The notes: generated by a model from the sequence alone, not told the origin. Counted from the stretch's first letter, positions 1 to 9,687 are shown. The stretch: DNA of 64,000 nucleotides from Muribaculaceae bacterium (GCA_023662835.1 JAMPII010000001.1:193435-257434); one strand, 5' to 3'. Numbers and translations are program-made.

Positions 1-221
1 TAGTTCGACATCATTGATGTTGTTGGGCCGTACATAAGGGTACAGCCATCCAATTGAGGCGCTTTGATATTTGTTTCGCCATTTTTCAGCCGGAATGTCA
101 AATTGAATTTGTTTCCTTCAATCACATTTCGTGGGGGAATTAGCGTGAACGAGGTTTGTGAAGCCACATTCTGCGCCATTGTGGCAATTAAAGCCAATAT
201 CACCAATATATGTTTTACCAT
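1..221 (-). CDS. batD: BatD-like secreted protein, N-terminal fragment (gene continues beyond window start)
   Basis: Absent from the ORF track because it is truncated by the window edge. Minus-strand ATG at 221-219 opens MVKHILVILALIATMAQNVASQTSFTLIPPRNVIEGNKFNLTFRLKNGE..., with no stop down to position 1. It has a signal peptide and lies directly downstream of BatC, as in the Bacteroides Bat operon. Confidence 0.55.
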   Translation of the reverse strand, partial: MVKHILVILALIATMAQNVASQTSFTLIPPRNVIEGNKFNLTFRLKNGETNIKAPQLDGCTLMYGPTTSMMSN

Positions 222-244
222 TTTGCGCTATAAAATTGAATTGG

Positions 245-1051
245 TTACCATTGCGGACCTGTTGTTCGGCGCGAACTCTGCCCCTCTTTTTTCTCCATTT
301 CCTGAACCTTGCGACGCGTTGCATTTTCTTCATTCTCCATAGTTTTGAGAATCTTGGCTGCGTTTGCATCGCTTATGCCACCCTGTTGCTGTTGTGGTGG
401 TTGCTGTTGCTGAGGCTGTTGCTGCTGAGGCTGCTGTTGCTGGTCCTTGTTATCTTGTTTTTGATCTTGATTTTGTTGCTGGTTTTGTTGCTGATCCTGC
501 TTGTTTTCCTGTTTGTCCTGGTTCTTGTCTTGATTCTTATCCTGCTGCTGTTGCTGGCGTTTCAATTGAGCTAAACGAAGATTCTCGCGGGCTTTGTCGT
601 TGTCTGGATTTTTGCGCAACGCACCTTTGTACATGCTGATTGCTTGATCATACTGCTGCTGATTGAAGGCCATATTACCCAGGTTATAAAATGCTTTTTC
701 CGCAATCTCAACGTTGTTTGCCGTTCGAGCCAAGTCGTTGAGCAAAGTCTGCGCTTCCGCCATAGGGTTATTACCATTGTTCGGGTCGGCATTGCCTGCC
801 TGTCGTATCAGCGCTGCCGCAAGATTATATTGGCCTGCTTCGCTCAGTTCATTCTCTTCAAGGGCTTTACGGTATTGTACTTCAGCTTCGGAGAAGTGCT
901 TTTCATTGTAATGTTTGTTGCCTTGACGAATAAAATTTCGTTCCTTTCGCGTTGATGTATCACGCGAAGGCTTGGCGGCATTGTCTGCTGCTGCCGCAAC
1001 CATTGGGAACAGCAAACTGAATATCGTTATTATTAAACTTAATTGTTTCAT
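245..1051 (-). CDS. batC: BatC-like TPR protein with Gln-rich C-terminal tail
   Basis: 268 aa with a signal peptide, TPR-like repeats (YNLGNMAFNQQQYDQAISMYKGALRKNPDN) and a long Q/D/K/N low-complexity tail. It sits between the BatB and BatD positions. Confidence 0.7.
   Translation of the reverse strand: MKQLSLIITIFSLLFPMVAAAADNAAKPSRDTSTRKERNFIRQGNKHYNEKHFSEAEVQYRKALEENELSEAGQYNLAAALIRQAGNADPNNGNNPMAEAQTLLNDLARTANNVEIAEKAFYNLGNMAFNQQQYDQAISMYKGALRKNPDNDKARENLRLAQLKRQQQQQDKNQDKNQDKQENKQDQQQNQQQNQDQKQDNKDQQQQPQQQQPQQQQPPQQQQGGISDANAAKILKTMENEENATRRKVQEMEKKEGQSSRRTTGPQW
381..560 (-). repeat. Triplet-repeat-like low-complexity DNA (CTG/TTG runs) encoding the BatC poly-Gln tail
   Basis: Plus strand is dominated by ctgttgctg / ttgttgctg units. 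The minus-strand translation reads QQQQQDKNQDKNQDKQENKQDQQQNQQQNQDQKQDNKDQQQQPQQQQPQQQQPPQQQQ. Confidence 0.8.
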
Positions 1052-1088
1052 TTAATCAATATTGAGGAAAGATAACTAAGTTTATCGT

Positions 1089-2123
1089 TTATTCTTTACT
1101 AAAGAAATTGAACTTTTTAAGCCAGCCGATTTTTCGTTCGGGAATTAACGTGTCGACGAGGAGGAACAATAACGCTAACCAGGCAAACACCGGAAATTGT
1201 TCTGCCGATGCGGCGTAGGTTACCTTTTCAAGAGCACTCTTCGAAAGAGTGTCGAGCTGCTGTGCTATATCTTTTACAACTGTTGATGAAGAGCCTTGAA
1301 CATATATGCCATTACCGGCACGCGCAATCTTCTGCGCCATTTCCTCATTGAGTCGAGTTGTTACCGGATTGCCATTATTGTCGCGCATAAATTGTCCGTT
1401 GCGTCCTATAGGGATAAGCGCACCTTTAGCAGATCCGAGCCCAATTACATCAACTTGTATTCCTTGACGGGCGGCTTCTTCGGCAGCTGCTTCGGGCTCG
1501 TCTTCGAAATTTTCACCGTCGGTGATAACAATTATCGCTTTTTGCAAATCTGATTCCGGGGTGAACGAAGTCATTGCCATTTCAATAGCCGCACCGATGG
1601 CGGTTCCCTGTGTTGGCACCATTTCGGTTGAAATACTCAAGAGAAACATTTTTGCGGAGGTGAAATCGCTGGTAATCGGCAATTGAGTATATGCATCGCC
1701 AGCAAATACAATCAACCCAACTTTATCGTTTTTCAGCTGCGAGAACAGTTTCTCAAGAACAAGTTTCGCACGCTGCAGGCGCGAAACTCCACGGGGATCG
1801 TCGGTCGATGAGGCTAGCATCGAGTTCGATACGTCGAGGCAAATCATCACTTCAATCCCTTGTACTTCACTGACTTCTTGCTTTGCTCCGGCGCGAGGCC
1901 GTGCGATGACAATAATCAGTGCAATCATAGCTAACAGTTGGAAAACGAGTTTCAGCCCCGGAGTATATTGCGATGCCTCGGGCATCAGTTGTGTAAGCAC
2001 AGCCGACTTCCCGAAACGCGCCAGCCTCTTACGGCGGCAGAAACGGGAATAAGCATATAGCCCTGCTATCACTGGGACAAGCAATAGCAGGTAGAGAATA
2101 TTGGGATGTGCGAAACTAAACAT
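1089..2123 (-). CDS. batB: BatB-like von Willebrand factor A domain membrane protein
   Basis: 344 aa with N-terminal TM helices, then a VWA domain with MIDAS DxSxS (LDVSNSM) and a C-terminal TM. It is the second of two tandem VWA genes. Confidence 0.8.
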   Translation of the reverse strand: MFSFAHPNILYLLLLVPVIAGLYAYSRFCRRKRLARFGKSAVLTQLMPEASQYTPGLKLVFQLLAMIALIIVIARPRAGAKQEVSEVQGIEVMICLDVSNSMLASSTDDPRGVSRLQRAKLVLEKLFSQLKNDKVGLIVFAGDAYTQLPITSDFTSAKMFLLSISTEMVPTQGTAIGAAIEMAMTSFTPESDLQKAIIVITDGENFEDEPEAAAEEAARQGIQVDVIGLGSAKGALIPIGRNGQFMRDNNGNPVTTRLNEEMAQKIARAGNGIYVQGSSSTVVKDIAQQLDTLSKSALEKVTYAASAEQFPVFAWLALLFLLVDTLIPERKIGWLKKFNFFSKE

Positions 2124-2141
2124 TTCAAATTAATTTTATTG

Positions 2142-3128
2142 TCAAGGTAAGGTGCGCAGAAGGGTTCGGCGCAATATAATCTCACTCAAGAACGACGCAA
2201 AAGCCAGCCAAGCCCATAATGCGTAGTCATCCTCGGTGTGGGAAAAATGGCGGACATCCATTTGGGTTTTCTCCAGTTGGTCTATTTCCTGAAATATATC
2301 GCGCAAAACGTTGTTGCCTGTGGCGCGGAAATATTTTCCTCCTGTCATCTGCGATATATTCTGAAGCATTTGTTCGTCGATAACTACGGGCATATTCACA
2401 TAGTCGATACCTCCGAAATAGTTTTGTTGTGGGGTTGGTGCGGTTCCGTTACGGCCAACGCCAATCGTATAAACCTTGATGCCCATTTTTTTTGCAATTT
2501 CGGCAGCTGTCATCGGAGCAACAACACCGGTGTTGTTCACACCATCGGTAATAAGAATAATGCTTTTCGATTTTGCTTTGCCATCTTTGATTCGGTTAAT
2601 CGAGGTTGCGAGACCGTCACCGATAGCTGTTCCGTCGTTAAGCATTCCCATGCGGATATCATGTATATAGTTGGCCACCATTGAGCGGTCGGTTGTCATC
2701 GGGAGCGATGTAAAGCTCTCTCCGGCGTAAATTACCAAACCGATATTGTCATTCTTACGACCTGAAACAAATTTTGAGGCCATATTTTTGGCTGCCTCGA
2801 GGCGGTCGGGTTGGAAGTCGCGTGCCAACATCGAAGAACTGATGTCAAGTGCAATTATAATATCTGTTCCTTCGGTTGTTGATGTGCGCCAACTGTCACT
2901 CGTTTGTGGACGCGCCAATACGATTATCAAGCAACCTAACGCGAACAGGCGCAAAGCAAACAGCCCGTGTAGCAGATATTCCTTGTATGAACGCGGCATA
3001 CCTGCAAAAGGCGATGTTGTTGATATTTGCATAGCGGGATAGACCTGACGATGTTTCCAGACATACCAACCTATTATCGGTATAAATACCAAAAAGAGCC
3101 ACAAATATTCAGGATGTGCTAATTGCAT
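2142..3128 (-). CDS. batA: BatA-like von Willebrand factor A domain membrane protein
   Basis: 328 aa with two N-terminal TM helices, a VWA domain with MIDAS (LDISSSM) and a C-terminal TM. Its start overlaps the upstream stop by 1 nt (TAATG). Confidence 0.8.
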   Translation of the reverse strand: MQLAHPEYLWLFLVFIPIIGWYVWKHRQVYPAMQISTTSPFAGMPRSYKEYLLHGLFALRLFALGCLIIVLARPQTSDSWRTSTTEGTDIIIALDISSSMLARDFQPDRLEAAKNMASKFVSGRKNDNIGLVIYAGESFTSLPMTTDRSMVANYIHDIRMGMLNDGTAIGDGLATSINRIKDGKAKSKSIILITDGVNNTGVVAPMTAAEIAKKMGIKVYTIGVGRNGTAPTPQQNYFGGIDYVNMPVVIDEQMLQNISQMTGGKYFRATGNNVLRDIFQEIDQLEKTQMDVRHFSHTEDDYALWAWLAFASFLSEIILRRTLLRTLP

Positions 3129-4147
3129 TACTTCTTGTTGTTAGTTGTTTTAACGGTTTCGGACTCCTGGAGCGCCGTTTTTTCTGCCTCTTCGGGCTCC
3201 GGCAGTGGCTTTGTTTCTTCAACAAATTCAAAAGCCTGATTAAAGGCGCGTACATTGTCGTCAGGCATCGGGCGCACTTTGGCAAACTTCACAAAGTCGG
3301 CCATTTCCAGAATTTGTTTCATCAGAGCAGCCGAAGGTTTTGTAACTTCATTCTCCTTTAGATGATGCAAAATCTGGGTAGAGGTCATCTCCATGGCGTT
3401 TATGCCGAATCGCCGGTCGAGATAGTTACGCAGAATTTCGGTTAAACGCGTATAGTATTCTTTTTCTCGGGAGTTCTCGCAAAGTTTTTCTTCTTTTAAC
3501 TGCGACAATTGTTGCATTGCCAATTCATATGGAGGTATAACTTTTTTCTGCGGCATAAGCGCCTGAACAAGACTCCGTTTTTTGTACCATACCCAAACTG
3601 CTGCGCCAACGAGCACCAGCAATGCGAATAGCAGGATTGCCCACCAATAGTCGGCAACAACATCGGGAATGTAATCCCACAACTTTGTATTAGGTTCAAC
3701 AGTGTCGGCATAGTCATGGACTGTTGCCATAGAATCGACAGGAACGGGTATTACTTTTAGCGCCAATGCGTTGGACACTACCGTATCGTAGTCGGTTGCA
3801 TATATAAGTGGATTAATCGTATATACTCCTGAGTCGAAGGACTGCAGTATGATCTGTTGTTTTATTTCTTCGCGATCGGAACTTATCGAACTTGTATCTG
3901 GCCGCGTTATACGAGCTACCTCAATTTGAGCCGACAGTGTATCGCCAACATTCAGAAACCGGCCGTGTGTACCCTTATCTTGCACTATTTCGACCGACAT
4001 TGCAGTTTGTTTGCCCATGATTATATAGGCCGAGTCGAGCGAAGTTGTGACTTTAACCGGGCCGGCGGCAAATGCCGAACATGCAAGCACGGACAAAGAA
4101 GCCAATGTGCATTTTATTTTTGTTGTACTTGTAGGTTTAAAGTTCAT
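3128..4147 (-). CDS. Membrane protein of the MoxR/Bat operon (DUF4381-like)
   Basis: 339 aa with a signal peptide and a central TM helix (WWAILLFALLVLVGAAVWVWY). It occupies the conserved slot between DUF58 and BatA. Confidence 0.5.
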   Translation of the reverse strand: MNFKPTSTTKIKCTLASLSVLACSAFAAGPVKVTTSLDSAYIIMGKQTAMSVEIVQDKGTHGRFLNVGDTLSAQIEVARITRPDTSSISSDREEIKQQIILQSFDSGVYTINPLIYATDYDTVVSNALALKVIPVPVDSMATVHDYADTVEPNTKLWDYIPDVVADYWWAILLFALLVLVGAAVWVWYKKRSLVQALMPQKKVIPPYELAMQQLSQLKEEKLCENSREKEYYTRLTEILRNYLDRRFGINAMEMTSTQILHHLKENEVTKPSAALMKQILEMADFVKFAKVRPMPDDNVRAFNQAFEFVEETKPLPEPEEAEKTALQESETVKTTNNKK

Positions 4148-4160
4148 CGTTTCGGTTTGT

Positions 4161-5042
4161 TTATCGGGTTCCGCGTTTTTTGAACAGTCCCATGAGAGCT
4201 TTCACAAAATCTTCGTCGGTGGCGATTGAGGCAAAGTCGACTCGGCATTTATTGAACCGCTGTATCATTATTTGTTGGCGCTCGTACCACCATCGGTTAT
4301 ATGCCTGCCTAACTTTCGACGATGAAGAATTAATCCACCGCATCGCACCCGTTTCCAGATCCTGCACGCGCATCAAACCAACGTCGGGCAACTGCGAATC
4401 TCGTTTGTCGTAAACCTGGATTGCCGTCAGGTCGTGCTTGTTGGAAGCTATTGATAGTGGGCTATAGTAGTCGGTTGCATCGATAAAATCGGAAATCACA
4501 AAGGCTGCACACCGTTTTTTAAGCGCGTCGGTCATATACCGAAATGCTTCACCTATGTTCGTGCCTGGATGCTCTGGTGTAAAGTTCAGCAGTTCGCGTA
4601 TTATGAAAAGGATATGCTTGCGACCTTTTTTTGGCGGAATAAATTTTTCAACTTTATCGGAAAAGAAAAGCACGCCGATTTTATCGTTGTTTTGAATGGC
4701 TGAGAATGCAATTGTGGCAGCTATTTCCGCTATCATCTGACGTTTTTCTTCTCCAACCGCGCCAAAACGGCGGCTGCCCGATACGTCAATCAAAAGCATT
4801 ACGGTCAGCTCTCGTTCCTCCTCATAAACCTTAACATAAGGATGATTATGACGCGCTGTGACGTTCCAATCAATGTCGCGGATATCGTCGCCATACTGGT
4901 ACTCTCGCACCTCCGAGAACGTCATTCCTCGGCCTTTAAAGGCTGAATGGTATTCACCCGCGAATATGTTCTGCGACAATCCGCGGGTTTTAATCTCGAT
5001 TTTACGAATTTTTTTTAACAGCTCGTTAGCATCCATCGTCAT
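4161..5042 (-). CDS. DUF58 domain protein (MoxR partner, VWA-like)
   Basis: 293 aa with DUF58-type motifs (YQYGDDIRDIDWNVTAR, TVMLLIDVSGS). It lies immediately downstream of the MoxR ATPase. Confidence 0.85.
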   Translation of the reverse strand: MTMDANELLKKIRKIEIKTRGLSQNIFAGEYHSAFKGRGMTFSEVREYQYGDDIRDIDWNVTARHNHPYVKVYEEERELTVMLLIDVSGSRRFGAVGEEKRQMIAEIAATIAFSAIQNNDKIGVLFFSDKVEKFIPPKKGRKHILFIIRELLNFTPEHPGTNIGEAFRYMTDALKKRCAAFVISDFIDATDYYSPLSIASNKHDLTAIQVYDKRDSQLPDVGLMRVQDLETGAMRWINSSSSKVRQAYNRWWYERQQIMIQRFNKCRVDFASIATDEDFVKALMGLFKKRGTR

Positions 5043-5106
5043 TTGGGTTATGGAGTAAAAATTTGAAATGCCTGAAGCTTAGCGACATCGGGCTATACAA
5101 ATTTCA

Positions 5107-6102
5107 TCAAGGCACTTCTACCTTGTCAAGTATCTCGGAAACAATATCGTCGGCTGTTATATTGTTTGCTTCAGCCTCGTAAGTAAGACCTATGCGGTGA
5201 CGGAGAACGTCGTGTGCCACAGCGCGAACATCTTCTGGAACAACGTAGCCGCGCCCACGCAGGAATGCGTAGCTGCGTGCTGCCTTTGCCAATGAAATAG
5301 AGGCTCGGGGTGACGCTCCGAAGGAGATTATTGATGTAAGATCGTTAAGCTGATAGTCGGCAGGGAAACGTGTTGCAAATACGATGTCGACAATGTAGCG
5401 TTCAATTTTTTCGTCTATGTAAATTTGTTCGCAAACTTTTTGGGCTTCAAGAATTTCTTCCGGTTTAAGCAATGGCCTAACGTCGACGCGCTGATTGCTA
5501 ATATTCTGGCGGATAATTATCTTTTCCTCATCTTTTGATGGATAGCCTATCACCACCTTGAGCAGGAAACGGTCAACTTGCGCCTCGGGGAGAGGATAGG
5601 TACCTTCCTGTTCAATAGGGTTTTGAGTTGCCATTACAAGGAAGGGATCGTCGAGTTTAAAAGTTGTATCACCTATTGTTACCTGACGTTCCTGCATAGC
5701 TTCAAGCAAAGCGCTCTGTACTTTTGCAGGAGCACGGTTAATTTCATCGGCCAACACAAAGTTAGCAAACACAGGGCCTTTTTTCACCTGGAATTGCTCA
5801 TTCTTAACTGAATACACCATTGTACCGATCACATCGGCGGGCAAAATATCGGGGGTGAACTGAATACGACTGTATTTGGCATCAATAACATGTGCCAGTG
5901 TTTTAATGGCAAGAGTTTTAGCCAAACCTGGCACACCCTCCAGCAGCACATGCCCATTCGACAACAGGGCTATAAGTAACGAATCAACCAAATGCTTTTG
6001 TCCGACTATTGTCTGATCCATTCCTTGCTGTATCAATCGGATAAAATCGCTTTTTGCCGCGACTAAATCGTTGAGTTCTCGTATATTAACCGGATCACTC
6101 AT
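5107..6102 (-). CDS. MoxR-family AAA+ ATPase
   Basis: 331 aa with Walker A GVPGLAKT, Walker B VLADEINRA and MoxR-type C-terminal helical lid motifs. It is the first gene of the Bat-type operon. Confidence 0.9.
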   Translation of the reverse strand: MSDPVNIRELNDLVAAKSDFIRLIQQGMDQTIVGQKHLVDSLLIALLSNGHVLLEGVPGLAKTLAIKTLAHVIDAKYSRIQFTPDILPADVIGTMVYSVKNEQFQVKKGPVFANFVLADEINRAPAKVQSALLEAMQERQVTIGDTTFKLDDPFLVMATQNPIEQEGTYPLPEAQVDRFLLKVVIGYPSKDEEKIIIRQNISNQRVDVRPLLKPEEILEAQKVCEQIYIDEKIERYIVDIVFATRFPADYQLNDLTSIISFGASPRASISLAKAARSYAFLRGRGYVVPEDVRAVAHDVLRHRIGLTYEAEANNITADDIVSEILDKVEVP

Positions 6103-6213
6103 GTTGTTTTTGTATTGTTGTGTAATATTATTTTGTTTCGAATTTCACTCCCGCAACGAGTCATTCCTATGTATTAAACATAAAAAGGACAATACGGTTT
6201 ACTTATTTCTATG

Positions 6214-6221
6214 CAAATTTA
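6214..6221 (-). promoter_or_regulatory. Candidate Bacteroidetes -7 box (TAnnTTTG) for the MoxR/Bat operon
   Basis: Plus strand reads CAAATTTA, which is TAAATTTG on the minus strand. It lies 111 nt upstream of the MoxR ATG. Confidence 0.3.
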
Positions 6222-6312
6222 TATAAATCAGCAACCAAAGGGTTAACTCCGATTGTTAAAATTATCTATTTAAACTTTAAGTTCGTCAACAGAATCTACT
6301 GTAGCCATGACA

Positions 6313-7410
6313 TTATTTACTGCGCAACTCTTCTATAAGCCGCTGCGCTTTGGCAACACTTTGAGGAGAATTGGCATCAATGCCATAAGCGGATGCTCTA
6401 GGTATTTTTACTCTCGTACCGGCAGGTATCCTGTCCGGATTAGCTATTATATCCTTATTATACAAATAGATATAAATCCAAAAGTGATAATCGCCATAGT
6501 ATTTGCGAGCCATTGTTGTCAAATATCGGCTCGAGGTAACTGTATCATAAATCTCGTTATCCGCTACTGATGGTTTTGCTTCATCCACAACTGTGGCCGG
6601 CTGTTTTTCGGTCATGGCAACTGTACTCGCCTCTACAGCTATTGTAGCTGTGTCAGCATTAACAATCATATTAATAGTCTCGGCCTGGAATACTGCAGTA
6701 GTGTCCTCCTCTATCTCTGCCACATAATCGCCCGACAGAGCCTGTCGTATCGGCAACAATTGAGGATTTGGCGAATATATCGCTGCTATGAATCCCACAA
6801 TTAGACCAATAACCATGCCAAGCAGCAGTTCCATCCAGCCAAAATGGCCTTTGACGGGTTGCGGAACAGGATCTTCTAATTGATCATTTGCTGGTTCCTC
6901 TGCTTTATCAGGCGAATTGCCATCGGCTGAAGTTTCAGGGTCTAGTTCTTCAACGTTTACCGGTTCTGGCTCTTTCTTCTGTACCTGCTCGCTTTCTACC
7001 GCCTCAACAGCCTCCGTATCATTAGTATTATCTTCCTTCGTGCCAATATGTAGCATGTCTGTTTCGGAATCTGTTTCTTGTTCAAAGCCAGACTGAGATA
7101 GAACCATTGGCTGATCGAGCATTTCGGCAGACAGTCCGTTGGCCAATTCAACCGGTTCGAAAAAGGAGAACGGTGCGTTCACCTGCTGCTGCAATGCCTC
7201 GTCGGGACACCACATCACAGTGTTGTCGTTCATTCCTCCTACAACAAAAGTGCCAAGTCCGGGAACTTCCGCCCGTTCGCCTGCGGCCAAACGTGCCGAT
7301 ATTTCCCCCGTCAGGGATATTACAAACTTCTCAACCTCATCGCGAGGAACACTTGTTGCCTGGCATATGGCATCAGACAACTGTGCTAGGTTCACAACAA
7401 TCGTGCTCAT
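6313..7410 (-). CDS. HU-like domain / TM / LysM-like domain protein
   Basis: 365 aa. The N-terminal ~60 aa are HU/IHF-like (..AAGERAEVPGLGTFVV..), followed by a long acidic linker and one TM helix (LLLGMVIGLIVGFIAAIY). The C-terminus has a LysM-like motif (YDTVTSSRYLTTMARKYYGDYHFWIYIYLYNKDIIANPDRIPAGTRVKIP). There is an ATGA overlap with the upstream gene. Confidence 0.5.
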   Translation of the reverse strand: MSTIVVNLAQLSDAICQATSVPRDEVEKFVISLTGEISARLAAGERAEVPGLGTFVVGGMNDNTVMWCPDEALQQQVNAPFSFFEPVELANGLSAEMLDQPMVLSQSGFEQETDSETDMLHIGTKEDNTNDTEAVEAVESEQVQKKEPEPVNVEELDPETSADGNSPDKAEEPANDQLEDPVPQPVKGHFGWMELLLGMVIGLIVGFIAAIYSPNPQLLPIRQALSGDYVAEIEEDTTAVFQAETINMIVNADTATIAVEASTVAMTEKQPATVVDEAKPSVADNEIYDTVTSSRYLTTMARKYYGDYHFWIYIYLYNKDIIANPDRIPAGTRVKIPRASAYGIDANSPQSVAKAQRLIEELRSK

Positions 7411-7685
7411 TTTGATATTGTCTTTAGTAGTCGGGAACCAGGTTTGAAAGTAGCTTCAAGCACTGGAGGCATTAGCATACTTTTGCCAGTCGACAAATCG
7501 GTTGATACATGTTCGTCGACCTTTTCAGCACAAAAAGAGCCAAAGCCCGGTAATGCAACGGTTTCGGCGTTCGACAACGCACGCGTTATCTCAGCACATA
7601 AAGCGCGTAGAAGTGTTTCAGTATCAGTCTCGGAACGACCAAGACTGTCGGCTACCGCCTGTATTATTGTGTATTGACCTTCCAT
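7407..7685 (-). CDS. HU/IHF-like DNA-binding protein
   Basis: 92 aa from the MEGQYTII start (ATG 7685, 1 nt after the ABC-F stop). The track start 7712 would overlap ABC-F by 26 nt. HU-like segments are VALPGFGSFCAEKV and MPPVLEATFKPG. Confidence 0.55.
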   Translation of the reverse strand: MEGQYTIIQAVADSLGRSETDTETLLRALCAEITRALSNAETVALPGFGSFCAEKVDEHVSTDLSTGKSMLMPPVLEATFKPGSRLLKTISK

Positions 7686-7686
7686 T

Positions 7687-9654
7687 CTAATTCTTTTTTG
7701 TGAGTTCGTCAAGTTCTAAAGATGCCAACTCCCAATGGCTCATGGCATTTTCAAGTTTTTTTTGGAGGGCGGCATGTTGTTCGAAAATTTCTCTCCCAAC
7801 TTCGCCGGCTGCAATTTTTGCCTCAGTTGCAGCTATCTCTGCTTCGACGGCTGATATGTCCGCTTCGGCATCGGCTACTTTTTTTTCGGCCCGGCGAATT
7901 ATTTTCTGATACTCGCGCTGTTCAGCATAATTCTGACGGCGGGGCTGCTCGACCGAAGGTTCTTGTTTTGGTTCTGTTTTTTTCTGTTGGGACGGCGTGG
8001 ATTTGACAGAGGTCGAAACTTCCGTACGTTCCAATTCAGCAAGCGACGCAAGCTTTTTCTTTTCCAGAAACTCGTATATACCGCCTAGACATTCCTTCAC
8101 CTGACCACCTCCAAATTCATACACCTTTTCAACCAGCCCATCAAGGAACTCACGGTCGTGACTTACAACTATCACTGTGCCGTTGAAATCCTTTATAGCC
8201 TGTTTGAGGATATCCTTAGTGTTCATATCTAGATGATTAGTTGGCTCGTCGAGAATTAGCAGATTAACCGGTTCTAGCAATAAACGTATCATGGCCAAAC
8301 GGGTTTTCTCCCCTCCTGACAGAACCTTCACTTTCTTGTCGGACGCCTCGCCTCCGAACATGAATGCGCCAAGAATGTCGCGTATCTTAGTACGGATGTC
8401 GCCGGTTGCTACGCGATCAATAGTGTCGAATACCGTGATACTTTCGTCGAGTAGCTGAGCCTGATTCTGGGCGAAATAGCCTATTTTTACGTTATGCCCG
8501 ATTTTCAAAGTTCCGGTGAAAGGAATCTCATTCATTATACATTTCACGAGCGTCGACTTTCCCTCGCCATTTTTACCCACAAACGCCACCTTCTCGCCAC
8601 GCTTTATTGTAAACGTTGCGTGATCGAAAACTTGATGACTGCCATATGCTTTACCCACATTGTCGGCTATAATGGGGTAATCGCCCGAACGAGGAGCGGG
8701 AGGAAAACGCAGATTTAAGCGTGAAGTATCAACTTCGTCAACCTCAATGCGCTGAATCTTCGCAAGTTGCTTTATGCGGCTCTGAACTTGAACCGACTTT
8801 GTTGCCTTGTAACGAAAACGTTCAATGAAGTCTTCGGTATCTTGTATCTGTTTCTGCTGGTTTTGATATGCACGCAGCTGTTGTTCAACACGCTCTTTGC
8901 GCAACTGCACATACTTTGAATAATTTACGGAATAGTCGTAGATTTTTCCTAACGAAATTTCTATCGTTCGGTTGGTTACATTATCGATAAACGCACGGTC
9001 GTGACTTACCAGAACAACTGCATTGGCTTTTGTCATCAAAAAATTCTCGAGCCATTGAATCGACTCAATATCGAGATGATTGGTTGGCTCGTCGAGCAAC
9101 AGCACATCGGGACGACGCAACAGCAACTTAGCCAATTCAATACGCATTCGCCATCCACCGCTAAATTCCGAAGTTGGGCGACCGAAGTCGCTTCGTCGGA
9201 ATCCCAATCCATTGAGTGTTTTTTCAATTTCGGCTTCGGCATTCTCGCTCTCCTCCATAGCTATACTCTCCGATAACTGCGTCATGCGGTCGATAAGCTG
9301 ATGATATTCTTGAGATTCGTAGTCGGTTCGCTTATTTAACTGAGTGTTAAGCAAATCATATTGTTCGTGAAGCTTGGCAATATGAGAAAATGCTGATCTC
9401 ACTTCTTCAACTACCGAGCTTGTATCAGAAATCGTCATATGCTGTGGCAGGTAGCCGATTGTTGTATCCTGAGGAACGGCAACCGACCCCGAAGTTGGCT
9501 TCTGTAGCCCCGCTATAATTTTGAGCATTGTCGACTTGCCGGCACCGTTTTTTCCAACAAGCGCAATCTTGTCTTTCCGATTTATAACATAACTTATGTG
9601 GTCGAACAGGCTTCTGGCGCTGAACTCAACCGACAAATCCTGAATTGAAATCAT
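7687..9654 (-). CDS. ABC-F family ATPase (Uup/YbiT-like, no membrane domain)
   Basis: 655 aa with two ABC cassettes (Walker A GKNGAGKST and GKNGEGKST; signatures FSGGWRMR and LSGGEKTR). It has an inter-domain linker and a C-terminal coiled coil. Confidence 0.9.
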   Translation of the reverse strand: MISIQDLSVEFSARSLFDHISYVINRKDKIALVGKNGAGKSTMLKIIAGLQKPTSGSVAVPQDTTIGYLPQHMTISDTSSVVEEVRSAFSHIAKLHEQYDLLNTQLNKRTDYESQEYHQLIDRMTQLSESIAMEESENAEAEIEKTLNGLGFRRSDFGRPTSEFSGGWRMRIELAKLLLRRPDVLLLDEPTNHLDIESIQWLENFLMTKANAVVLVSHDRAFIDNVTNRTIEISLGKIYDYSVNYSKYVQLRKERVEQQLRAYQNQQKQIQDTEDFIERFRYKATKSVQVQSRIKQLAKIQRIEVDEVDTSRLNLRFPPAPRSGDYPIIADNVGKAYGSHQVFDHATFTIKRGEKVAFVGKNGEGKSTLVKCIMNEIPFTGTLKIGHNVKIGYFAQNQAQLLDESITVFDTIDRVATGDIRTKIRDILGAFMFGGEASDKKVKVLSGGEKTRLAMIRLLLEPVNLLILDEPTNHLDMNTKDILKQAIKDFNGTVIVVSHDREFLDGLVEKVYEFGGGQVKECLGGIYEFLEKKKLASLAELERTEVSTSVKSTPSQQKKTEPKQEPSVEQPRRQNYAEQREYQKIIRRAEKKVADAEADISAVEAEIAATEAKIAAGEVGREIFEQHAALQKKLENAMSHWELASLELDELTKKN

Positions 9655-9687
9655 TATCTAGCATTTCTTAGAACTTGTTTAATTTTG

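Noticed and set aside
158-639. Plus-strand ORFs 158..574 (Leu-rich, 138 aa) and 364..639 (Ala/Val-rich, 91 aa).
   Set aside because: They are antisense or alternate-frame read-through of the BatC poly-Gln triplet tract. The composition is pure low complexity and BatC on the minus strand explains the region.
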